DNA of 64,000 nt, from positions 138,072 through 202,071 of the forward strand of contig CAVXMC010000008.1 in NCBI GenBank assembly GCA_963762795.1. The letters are read 5' to 3'. The DNA is from an uncultured Actinomycetota bacterium (lineage in GTDB: Bacteria > Actinomycetota > Actinomycetes > Mycobacteriales > SCTD01). This document shows positions 32,406 through 41,531 of the stretch, piece by piece. The position numbers were made by a program, and so were the translations under genes. The notes beneath the pieces were generated by a model. The model was not told the origin of the DNA, did not search any database, and was given only the letters and a program-made list of their open reading frames with translations. Within the stretch, counting starts at the first letter, position 1. Each line of letters begins with the position of its first letter.

Positions 32406-32469
32406 GCGACGGCGGCGCGCTGCGGCAGCGAGGTGGGGCCTCGAAGTGCGACGGCAGGGGCCCGAACCC

Positions 32470-35139
32470 CTACCGCGCCACCGACCGCCCCACCTCGACC
32501 GCCTGCTGGTAGGTCCCCCGGTTCTGCCACGGCTGCGGCGGCGTCTCGACGGCGCCGGCGGCGGTCGGGACGATCTGGTCGCAGGTCCCGGGCGCGTCGG
32601 GGCACAGCACCGGCTTCCTCCACGACGCGAGATCAGCAGACCCCTGGGACGCCGCGACCGAGGCCACCGCCGACCGGAGCGAGGACAGCAGCAGCGCCCG
32701 GCAGCGCGCCAGCGCGCCCCCGCCGCAGTAGGTCCGCGACTGCCCACCGCGGACCTTCTGCCCGAGCACGCGGCGCAGGTCGGCCCTGACCTGGCTCTGC
32801 CACCCGCCGAAGAAGCCCTGCGCCGTGGGCGCGGCGTCCAGGGGCAGCAGCTCGTCGCGCGCGACCTGCGTCAGCAGCGGAGCCCCGAGCACCGGGGTGA
32901 AGACCGCCGAGACGACCCGCGGCCACCACGCGTCGAACGCCAGCACGGCGGCGGAGTCGTCGTACGACGCCCCGCCAGCAGCACTGCGCCGGTGCGCGCC
33001 CGACCGCTGCCAGGCACGGAGCGCGTCGACGACCGGCTTGTCCGCTGCGGTCGGCGTCCCGAGGACGGCGAGCAGCTGGGGCAGCACCTCGTACCCGCGC
33101 AGGTCGCGCGTGCCGGCGCCGGCGTTGACCTTGGCCACGGCCGCCAGGTCCAAAGGTCCCTTGGCGATGCGCCCGCGCAGCGGCAGCTCCAGCAGCGAGC
33201 TGCGCTGGGCCGCGCCGTACGTCCAGACGCCAGGAGGAGCGCGCCAGCCGGGTGCGGCCTTGTTGTTCCACGACACCAGGTAGCCCTGCGCCGGGTCGAT
33301 CGCGCGCGGGTTCCGCGATGCCGGCAGCGGTGTGTAGGAGTAGGACGACGGCGAGAAGCCCTGCCAGTCGTACGCGCCGGTGCCCCAGGTCGGGACGTCC
33401 AGGTCGACGCCGCGGGTGCGCATCGGGAAGCGCCCCGACTGCAGCCAGGAGATCGAGCGGGCGTCGACGTAGAACCAGTTCTCGTTGCCGGTGAACAGCC
33501 GCATGGCCGCCTCGAACGACGCCGGCGAGGTGACCCGGTTCTCGGCCAGCCGCTGGAACGCGACCAGGCTCTGGATGGCCTGCTTGTAGACGCCGCTGCT
33601 GAAGGTGAGCGCGACGGGACGGCCGCCGACGGTGCCGAAGCCCTGCACCGGTCCGTGGACCGACCGCAGCGTCGTGAGGACGACCTCGCCCGGCGGACGC
33701 GGCGCGGTCGGCGAGGCCGGCGTCGGCACCCGCTGCTCGCGCGAGGTGAAGGCGACGCACGCCCCCCGGTAGCGGTAGTGCGTGGACGAGCGGGTGGCCG
33801 AGGACCCGTCCGGGTTGCAGAGCTCCTCGGCGAAGGTGTCGATGTTGTCGCCGAACGCCGACGTCCCGGTCCAGGAGAAGTCCAGCCCGTGGCCGATGAG
33901 CGGGTACGGCGACGCGCCCGGGAACGTCATCCCCGACACGTGGACGCCCGGCGCGTGCAGCTCCTGCTCGACCAGGATCTCCGGCGAGTAGTAGCCGACC
34001 TGCGGCCCGGTGACGGCGAGCGGCCGGCCGCTGGCGGAGTGCTTGCCCGCCACCAGGACCGCGTTCGACGCGTGCTTCGACGACGGCAGCCCGGACCGGG
34101 CCAGGTCGGCAGCGAACGCCGGCGCCGGCGAGCCCGAGGACGACGTGACCGCGTTGCGCAGGGCGTACGACCCGGGCTCCACCACCGCCCGCGCCCGGGG
34201 GTCGACCGGTCCGGGGTCGTCGGAGGCGAACCGCTCGCGCGTCGTGAACGTCGTCTCCGGGTCCTCGGCGCGCCGCAGGTCGGCGTAGACGGCGGCACCG
34301 GCGGCCGCGCCGAGCTTCTTCTGCAGCGCGGCGAGGATCATCGACTGCTGCGTCTCGCCGTTGCCGAAGGCGGTGAACTGCCCGATCAGCAGGTAGCCGG
34401 TCGCGGCCGAGTCGGCCAGGGTCCAGTCCTCCGGCGAGGCGCCGAGTGCCGGGTACTCCCCGGGCAGCAGCCGCGGGTCGGTCCGCGCCGCGGCGATGTA
34501 GGCGTTGATCCCGGCGACGTAGTCCGTCAGGTCCGCGAGCGCTCGCGTGCCCTCCTCGCCGCGCGTCCGCGGCAGGTCCTGCACCTCGGCGGTGAGCTCC
34601 TCCGGCGACAGGTCGAACGTCCCGAGCGCCGCGCTGTCACCGGCCGCCGCGTCCGGCCCGAGCAGCCCGGACAGCCGCCCCTCGGCGGTGCGCCGCAGCA
34701 CGTCCATGAAGAACAGCCGGTCCTGCGCGGCGGCGTAGCCCGCGCCGAACATCACGTCGGGGCGGGTGTCGCCGTAGATGCGCGGCACGGCGTAGGTCGC
34801 GTCGCGCAGGATGCGTACGCCGTCGCGCGGAGCGGTCAGGGCCCCGCCCGCGGACTCCGGCCGGAACGAGGAGTCCTTGTAGAGCCTCGTCGGGTCGTCG
34901 GACGCGATGCCGGCGTTGTAGAGCCCCGCCTGGCTGGTGAAGGACGCCGGCACCGCACCGGTCGCCAGGTGGGCGCCGACCTCGACCGCGTCGGTCGTCT
35001 CCCCCTGCCCGTACGCCAGGACGGAGCGGAAGCCGCCACCGTCCTGGACGTACGGCGCGGGGTCAGCAGCGACGGCGGGCCCGGCGAGCAGCCCGGCGAG
35101 GCCAGCCGCGGCGACCAGGACAGCGAGGCCCGCGCGCAT
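32470..35139 (-). CDS. secreted penicillin-acylase-family Ntn hydrolase (penicillin/AHL acylase-like)
   Basis: Intact 889 codons inside ORF 32470..38655. It starts at ATG 35139 with a signal peptide (MRAGLAVLVAAAGLAGLLAGPAVAA). A candidate nucleophile context is KHASNAVLVAG. Other family-like blocks are GPQVGYYSPEIL and NENWFYVD. Confidence 0.85.
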   Translation of the reverse strand: MRAGLAVLVAAAGLAGLLAGPAVAADPAPYVQDGGGFRSVLAYGQGETTDAVEVGAHLATGAVPASFTSQAGLYNAGIASDDPTRLYKDSSFRPESAGGALTAPRDGVRILRDATYAVPRIYGDTRPDVMFGAGYAAAQDRLFFMDVLRRTAEGRLSGLLGPDAAAGDSAALGTFDLSPEELTAEVQDLPRTRGEEGTRALADLTDYVAGINAYIAAARTDPRLLPGEYPALGASPEDWTLADSAATGYLLIGQFTAFGNGETQQSMILAALQKKLGAAAGAAVYADLRRAEDPETTFTTRERFASDDPGPVDPRARAVVEPGSYALRNAVTSSSGSPAPAFAADLARSGLPSSKHASNAVLVAGKHSASGRPLAVTGPQVGYYSPEILVEQELHAPGVHVSGMTFPGASPYPLIGHGLDFSWTGTSAFGDNIDTFAEELCNPDGSSATRSSTHYRYRGACVAFTSREQRVPTPASPTAPRPPGEVVLTTLRSVHGPVQGFGTVGGRPVALTFSSGVYKQAIQSLVAFQRLAENRVTSPASFEAAMRLFTGNENWFYVDARSISWLQSGRFPMRTRGVDLDVPTWGTGAYDWQGFSPSSYSYTPLPASRNPRAIDPAQGYLVSWNNKAAPGWRAPPGVWTYGAAQRSSLLELPLRGRIAKGPLDLAAVAKVNAGAGTRDLRGYEVLPQLLAVLGTPTAADKPVVDALRAWQRSGAHRRSAAGGASYDDSAAVLAFDAWWPRVVSAVFTPVLGAPLLTQVARDELLPLDAAPTAQGFFGGWQSQVRADLRRVLGQKVRGGQSRTYCGGGALARCRALLLSSLRSAVASVAASQGSADLASWRKPVLCPDAPGTCDQIVPTAAGAVETPPQPWQNRGTYQQAVEVGRSVAR

Positions 35140-36128
35140 CAGAGCTTGACGAGCATCTTGCCGGTGTTGTCGCCGTGCAGCATGCCGATGAAGGCGTCCG
35201 CGGCGTGCTCGATGCCCTCCAGGACCGTCTCGCGGACCTGGATCCGGCCGTCGGCGATGGCCGCCCCGACCTCGCTCCGGAACTGCTGCGTGAGGTCGTT
35301 GTGGTCGCCGACCAGCAGGCCGCGCAGGACGAGCCGCTTGCCGATGATGAGCGACATGTTGCGAGGCGCCGGAGTCGGCTCGGTGGCGTTGTAGACCGAG
35401 ATCATCCCGCAGATCGCGGCCCGGCCGTGCACCTTGAGGGAGTTGATCGCGGCCTCGAGGTGCTCGCCACCGACGTTGTCGAAGTAGCAGTCGATGCCGT
35501 CCGGCGCGGCGGCGGCGAGCAGGTCCGACACCCGACCGTCGTGGTAGTCGAAGGCGGCGTCGAAGCCGATCTCCTTCAGCCAGGCCACCTTCTCCGGCGA
35601 GCCCGCGCTGCCGATCGCGGTGCCCCCGCGGAGCTTGACGAGCTGGCCGACGATGCTGCCGACCGCGCCGGCCGCGCCGGAGACGAAGACGGTCTCGCCG
35701 TCCTTGTACTCCGCGCTGCGCAGCAGCCCGGCGTAGGCCGTCAGGCCCGGCATGCCGAGGACGCCGAGGTAGTGCGACGGGGTGTCGATCCGGTCCACGC
35801 GGGAGAAGCGCTTGGCCGGCCCGACGGCGTGCTCGCGCCAGCCGGTGTTGGACAGCACCAGGTCGCCGACCGCGTGCGTGTCGACCGTGGACTCCACGAC
35901 CTCGCCGACCGCGCCGCCCTCGAGCGCCTTGCCGATCTGGAACGGCGGCACGTAGCTCTTGGTGTCGTTCATGCGTCCGCGCATGTACGGGTCGACCGAC
36001 ATCCACGTGTTGCGGACCAGCACCTCGCCGTCGGCGGGGGACGGGACGTCGACCTCCGCCAGCTCGAAGTCGGTGGGCTTGGGCTCCCCCACCGGGCGGG
36101 CGGCCAGACGGATCTCGCGACTCTTCAC
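35139..36128 (-). CDS. NADP-dependent oxidoreductase (MDR family, YncB/CurA/alkenal reductase-like)
   Basis: Intact 329 codons in the frame of ORF 35139..38699, starting at GTG 36128. Motifs LVRNTWMSVDPYMRGRM and VFVSGAAGAVGSIVGQ are present. Its TGA shares one base with the acylase ATG. Confidence 0.85.
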   Translation of the reverse strand: MKSREIRLAARPVGEPKPTDFELAEVDVPSPADGEVLVRNTWMSVDPYMRGRMNDTKSYVPPFQIGKALEGGAVGEVVESTVDTHAVGDLVLSNTGWREHAVGPAKRFSRVDRIDTPSHYLGVLGMPGLTAYAGLLRSAEYKDGETVFVSGAAGAVGSIVGQLVKLRGGTAIGSAGSPEKVAWLKEIGFDAAFDYHDGRVSDLLAAAAPDGIDCYFDNVGGEHLEAAINSLKVHGRAAICGMISVYNATEPTPAPRNMSLIIGKRLVLRGLLVGDHNDLTQQFRSEVGAAIADGRIQVRETVLEGIEHAADAFIGMLHGDNTGKMLVKL

Positions 36129-38699
36129 AGGTCTCCTCGGTCGAGCTCGAACCAGACGCACTTGCCGGCAGACAGGGGCTCGGAGCCCCACCGGTCCGCC
36201 AGAGCGTGCACCACGACCAGCCCGCGGCCGCCCTCGGCCTCCTCGTCGGGCTCCTGCAGCACCGGCGGCGCGCTCCCCCGGCCGTCCACGACCTCGAAGC
36301 GCAGGACCCCCGGACGGCGGCGCAGCCACATGTCGACGCCGGGCCCGCCGTGCCGCAGGGCGTTGCTCGCCAGCTCGGTGACCAGCAGCGCGACGTCGTG
36401 GGGGTCGGCGCCCGCCTCCTCCGCCCAGCCGGCGGCCAGGTGCCGCGCGCGGCGCACCTCGGACAGGTGGCCGGCCAGGTGCAGGTGCAGGTCGCCGGGG
36501 CGGCTCGACCCGCGACCCAGGCCGACGGCCAGCAGCGCGCTGTCGTCGTCGGGCCGGCCGTCGCGCCCGGTCGCGCGCAGCAGCCGGTCGCACAGCTCGT
36601 CGACGTCCTGCTCCGGCGCGACCGCCACGGCGTTGCGCAGCGCGAGCATCCCCTCCTCCACCGGCTGGTGGCGGCCCTCGACGAGGCCGTCGGTGTAGAG
36701 CAGCAGCACCGACCCCTCGGGCAGCTCGACCTCCGTCGTCGGCGGCGGGGCCCAGGCGACGCCGAGCGGCGGACCGGGCTCCAGCTCGATGTACGACCCA
36801 CCGCCCTCCGCATGGACCACCAGCGGCGGCAGGTGCCCCGCGCTGGCCAGCCGCAGCCGGCGGGTGGCCGGGTCGAAGCACGCCGTACAGGCAGGTCGTG
36901 ATGGCGGTCTGCTCCAGCGAGCCGACGGCGGCGTCGAGCAGCCCCAGCACCGCGGCCGGCTCGGGCTCGACCATGGCGTACGCGCGCAGCGCCGCCCGCA
37001 GCTGGCCCATCACGGCGGCCGCCTCCACGCCGCGGCCCATCACGTCGCCGATGACCAGGCCGACCAGGCCGCCGGGGAGCGGCAGCACGTCGTACCAGTC
37101 GCCGCCGACCGCCGACCCGGCCGCTCCCGGCAGGTAGCGGTGGGCGAAGCGCAGCCCCGGCAGGGCCGGCAGCACCCGCGGGAGCAGCGAGCGCTGCAGC
37201 GTCACCGCGGTCTGCCGCTCCTGGCGGAAGCGCAGCGCGTTGTCGACCGCGGTGGCCATGCGGCGGGCCAGGTCGCGCACGAGGTCGATGTCGGCCTCGT
37301 CGTAGGCGTCCTGCTCGTCGCGCACGATCGTGAGGACGCCGAGCGTGCGGGTCGGCACCGCGAGCGGCACCACCAGCGCGCTGCCCAGCCGCAGCTTGCG
37401 CAGGCCCTCCATGTGCTCGTCGTCCCGGGCGATGGCCCGCAGCGCCGCCTCCGGGAAGGTCCGGTGGTGCACCAGCCGGTGCTCGCCGACGGCCTGGCCG
37501 ACGCCGGCGCCGCGGTCCGGCTCCGGCGGGTAGCGGTCGAACAGGTCGCGCAGGATGACGCCCCGCTCGGGGTCGCGGTGGTGCACGGTCACCAGCTGCG
37601 GGTTGCCCTGCTCGTCCAGGGTGTGCACCGAGCACCAGTCGCCCAGCTCCGGGACCGCCAGCGCCGCCACGACGTCGAGCGTCTCGGCCACGTCGAGCGA
37701 GGCCGCCAGCCGCTCGCTGGCCATGGCGAGGAACGCCATCCGCTCGCGGGTCGCGCGCTCGGCGGCGAACAGCCGGCCGCGCTCGAGCGCCTGGGCGCAG
37801 TGCCGGCCGAGGGTCTCGAGGAAGGCCATCTCCTCGTCGGGGAAGGCGTCGTCGACGGAGGCCGACAGCGCCATCGCCCCGATCACGCGGCCGTCGACGA
37901 CGAGCGGCACGCCGGCGAAGGACCGGCTCAGCGCCGAGTGCGGCAGCCCCGGGTAGCGGGCGGCCAGCTCCTGCGCGCTGCCGAAGCGCAGCGGCCGCCC
38001 GGTGCGGACGACGTCGGTCAGCGACGAGCGGACGTCGAGCGACAGGCCGTCGTAGGCCGCCGCGACGTGGGACTCGTAGCCGACCGAGCCGAGCCGGCGC
38101 AGGTGCCCGTCCTCGACGAGGACGACGCCGCCGGCCGCGGCCCCGAGCGCCGTGACGCCCTGCCCGAGCACCGCCGTGACGACCTGCTCGGCGGTGAGCG
38201 CGCTGGACAGCGACTCGCTGATCTCGATCAGCCGGCTGTTGCGGTCGGCCAGGCGCTGGGCCTGGCCCCGGGCGAGCTCGACCTGCGCCTCGCGCGCCTC
38301 GATGGCGGCGCGGTAGGCCGACAGGTCCATCGAGACGCCGACCACCCCGGTGACGCTGCCGTCGGCGGCGTGCAGGGGGCGGTTGTTCACGCGGACGACG
38401 AGCCGGTGGCCGTGCCGGTGCCGGGTCGTGAACTCGCCCTGCCAGTCCTCCCCGCCGTAGGTCTGCTGCATGACCTCGTCGGCCAGGGCGAGCGCGTCGG
38501 GCAGCACCGGGATCAGCTCGGAGACGGGCCGGCCGAGCGCCTCCTCGGCGGCCCAGCCGTAGAGGGCCTCGGCCCCGGTGTTCCAGGACAGGACGCGGGC
38601 CTCGAGGTCCACGACCACCACGGAGACCGGCAGCTGGGCGGCGGCGGCGGCCCACTCCTCCGGCGACAGCCCCGGGACAGGGCTCGATGGTGCCTCCAC
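36125..38699 (-). CDS. PAS-GAF-GAF-PP2C(SpoIIE)-HATPase sensor phosphatase; frame broken near 36880
   Basis: The N-terminus starts at GTG 38699. It contains a PAS region (VVVVDLEARVLSWNTGAEALYGW), two GAF-like blocks and PP2C motifs GGDWYDVLPL and GDVMGRGVEAA. ORF 36125..36820 adds LLLYTDGLVE and an RsbW-like HATPase (ELASNALRHG, GGRGLVVVHALADRWG). Confidence 0.8.
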
Positions 38700-38760
38700 G
38701 GCGCTGAGGCTAGGTCCTGGATGCCCGTCACACTCCGCTTTCGCCGGTTACGTTGGGGTG

Positions 38761-39601
38761 ATGTCCCGACGTCGTCCCGCACCGGTCGCCGGCCGCTACC
38801 CGGTGGACGCCGGTACGGCCGAGCTGCTCCAGGACGCCGACCGCGACGGCGGCTGGGAGCTCGACGTCGAGGGGGTCCCGCAGTCCTACGTCGACCTCGA
38901 GGACCCGACCCACCTGGAGTTCGAGTACGTCCGCCTGGTCGGCGACCTGCTCGACCTGCTCGCGCCCGACGGCACCCCGCTCGACACGCTGCACCTCGGC
39001 GGCGGCGCCTGCACGCTGGCCCGCTACGTCGCCGCGACGCGCCCCGGCTCGCGCCAGCTGGTCGTCGAGGCCGACGCCGGGGTGGCCGAGCTGGTGCGCA
39101 CCCAGCTCGGCACGCACGGCTTCAGGCTCCGGGTCGGCGAGGCGCGGGCCGAGCTCGCGACGCTCGAGCCGGGCAGCAGCGACGTCGTCGTCGGCGACGT
39201 CTTCGCCGGCGCGGTGCTGCCCCAGCACACCAGCACGGTCGAGCACGTCCGCCTCGTCCGCCGGGTGCTGCGTCCCGGCGGCGCCTACCTGCTCAACGTC
39301 GCGGACGGCCCGCCGCTCGCCTTCTCCCGGTCCCAGGTGGCCACGCTGCACGAGGTCTTCGCCCACGTGGTCCTGCTCGCCGACCCCGGGGTCCTGCGCG
39401 GCCGCCGGTTCGGCAACGTCGTGCTCGCCGGCTCCGACGTCGCGCTGCCGGTGGACGGCCTGCGCCGGCGCGCCGCCCGGGCCATCGGCACCGCGCGGGT
39501 GGTGGCCGACGCCGGGGCCTTCGCCGCCGGCGCGCGACCGGTCACCGACGACGACCGCGCGTCCCTCGCCGGTCCCGCCGCCCGAGGTCTTCCGCCGCTA
39601 G
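38761..39601 (+). CDS. spermidine-synthase-like SAM-dependent methyltransferase-fold protein; probable frame break ~39540-39575
   Basis: ATG 38761 lies in the frame of ORF 38578..40788. Motifs LHLGGGACTLARYV and DVVVGDVF are present. The in-frame ORF otherwise runs 1.2 kb antisense through the next gene. A +1 shift gives ...PPPEVFRR and TAG 39599-39601. Confidence 0.6.
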
Positions 39602-40695
39602 CCCTGCAGGGTCTCCTCGAGCACCGACGCGACCACGGCCTCGAACGACGCGGTCCGCTCCAGCACCGCCCGCTGCCGGGCGGCGCTGCTGCCCCGGGCC
39701 AGGGCCAGCTCGGCCAGCGCCGACACCTCGTCCCACTCCCCGGCCGCCTCGAGGTCGTCGCGCAGCCGCCCGAGCAGCCCGCGCACCACCTCGGCGGCCG
39801 GTTGCAGGGTCCCCGACCGCACGTCCAGCAGGTGGCCGTCGCTGCCGTCCCGGGCCGCCCGCCAGCGGGCCGCCTTCACGACCTCCGTGCGTACGGCCGG
39901 CGGCTGCTCGTCCCGCTCCGCCGCGCCGGCCGCGACGCGCACCAGCGACCGGGCGAGCCCGGCGTGCAGCACCACGTCGTCGACCAGGGGGCTGGTGTCG
40001 GCGACCCGCACCTCGACGGTCGGGTAGCGGGTGGAGGGCCGGGCGTCCCAGTACAGGTGCGAGGCGTCGTCGACCATGCCGGCCGCGACCAGGTCGGCGA
40101 CCAGCGCGTCGTACTCCGCCCGGCTGGCGAAGACCTCCGGCGAGCCGGTGACGGGCCAGCGGGCGTACCAGAGCGTGCGGTAGCTGGCGTAGCCCGTGTC
40201 GGAGCCCTCCCAGAACGGCGAGCTGCCCGACAGCGCGAGCAGGACCGGCAGGTCGGCGCGCAGGTGCCCGAGCAGGCGCACCGCCGTCTCCGGGTCCTCG
40301 ACGCCGACGTGGACGTGCTGGCCGGTGATGAGCTGCTGGAGCGCGAGCAGTCGCCAGCGCTCGACCAGCTCGAGGTAGCGCACGCCGGGCGTCAGCCGCT
40401 GGTCGCGCCAGGTGCCGGTCGGGTGCGTGCCGGCGGCGAGGATGCGGCAGCCGTGCTCGCGGGCCGCCGCGTCGGCGCCCCGGCGCAGCCGGACCACCTC
40501 CGCGCGCACCTCGGCGAGGGTCCGGACGACCGGCGTGCCGATCTCCAGCTGGCTGGTCGAGATCTCGCCCTGGGCGTCGCGGCCGAGCATCCCGACGGCG
40601 GTCGGGACCACCTCCGGCCGGTCGGCCAGCGCCATCGTCTCGGCGTCGACCAGCTGGTACTCCTCCTCGACGCCGATCGTTCGCCCGGTCGTCAC
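39598..40695 (-). CDS. carboxylate-amine ligase (glutamate-cysteine ligase family 2, YbdK-like)
   Basis: Intact C-terminal 365 codons of ORF 39598..44100, starting at GTG 40695. Motifs TIGVEEEYQLVD, LEIGTPV, HVHVGV and YWDARPS are present. Confidence 0.85.
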   Translation of the reverse strand: MTTGRTIGVEEEYQLVDAETMALADRPEVVPTAVGMLGRDAQGEISTSQLEIGTPVVRTLAEVRAEVVRLRRGADAAAREHGCRILAAGTHPTGTWRDQRLTPGVRYLELVERWRLLALQQLITGQHVHVGVEDPETAVRLLGHLRADLPVLLALSGSSPFWEGSDTGYASYRTLWYARWPVTGSPEVFASRAEYDALVADLVAAGMVDDASHLYWDARPSTRYPTVEVRVADTSPLVDDVVLHAGLARSLVRVAAGAAERDEQPPAVRTEVVKAARWRAARDGSDGHLLDVRSGTLQPAAEVVRGLLGRLRDDLEAAGEWDEVSALAELALARGSSAARQRAVLERTASFEAVVASVLEETLQG

Positions 40696-41511
40696 CCGCG
40701 ACGCGCGGCGCGGAAGTCCGGGGCGCGCTTGCCGAGGAAGGCGTCGACGCCCTCGGCGTACTCCGCGCTGGCCCAGCTGTGCCGGTAGACCGCGGTGACC
40801 TCCGCGTCGACCTCGCGGCGCCCCGCGGCGACCCGGGCGATCAGCTGCTTGCCGCCGACCAGGCGACACCCGGGCGCGGGAGGCGAGCACCCCGGCGAGC
40901 GCGTAGGCCCGGGCCTCGACCTCGGCGGCCGGCAGCACCTCGTGGACCAGGCCGATGCGCAGCGCCGTGGCGGCGTCGACCTGCTCGCCGGTCAGCAGGA
41001 AGTACGACGCCCACGCCTGCCCGACCACGTCGACCAGCCGGGCGGTCGAGGGCAGCGCGTAGACGATGCCCAGCTTGGCCGGGGTGACGGCGAAGCGGGC
41101 GCCCTCGTCGCAGACCCGCAGGTCGCAGGCGGCCGCGACCTGGGTGCCGCCCCCCAGCGCCCAGCCCTGGACCAGCGCGACGGTCGGCTTGGGGAAGCCG
41201 ATGATCGCCTGCTCGCCGCCCTCGACGGCCTCGCTGTAGCGCTCGGCGTCGGCCGGCTCGCGGCGCAGCGTCGTGAACTCCGAGATGTCGGCGCCGGCCG
41301 AGAACGGCCCGCCCGGGGTGCCGCGGAACACCACCACGTCGACGTCGTCGTCGGCGGCCAGCGCGGGCATCAGCCGGCGGAACGCGTCCCACATGGCGTA
41401 GTTGATGGCGTTGTGCCGCTGCGGCCGGTGCAGCTCGACCGTCACCACGCCGCCGTCGCTGCTCACCCGCAGCGCGTCGCGCGCCTCACCCAGCACGTCC
41501 TCGAGATCCAC
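40692..41511 (-). CDS. enoyl-CoA hydratase/isomerase family protein; frame broken near 40858
   Basis: Motifs PFSAGADISEF and VQGWALGGGTQVAAACDLRV are present. The C-terminus (GKQLIARVAAG...EGVDAFLGKRAPDF) lies in a +1 frame and ends in a TGA that overlaps the next GTG. Confidence 0.8.
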
Positions 41512-41531
41512 TCCCCCATCCTGCCGGACGG

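Noticed and set aside
32208-32789. ORFs overlapping the G-tract spacer (32177..32623(-), 32208..32747(-), 32238..32789(+)) as coding genes.
   Set aside because: Their translations are Arg/Pro/Ala/Gly homopolymer-like strings generated by the microsatellites. They have no start context and no recognisable family.
32470-38655. Giant ORFs in the track taken as single huge multidomain proteins: 2061 aa at 32470..38655(-), 1186 aa at 35139..38699(-), 1500 aa at 39598..44100(-), 1338 aa at 58208..62224(-), 1250 aa at 3703..7455(+), 988 aa at 45482..48448(+).
   Set aside because: Each is a composite. Only part of the translation looks like real protein, for example the last 889 aa of the 2061-aa ORF, which is the acylase. 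The rest is Arg/Pro/Gly/Ala-rich out-of-frame read-through of neighbouring genes. Stop codons are scarce in off-frames at this GC content, and adjacent genes overlap by 1-4 nt.
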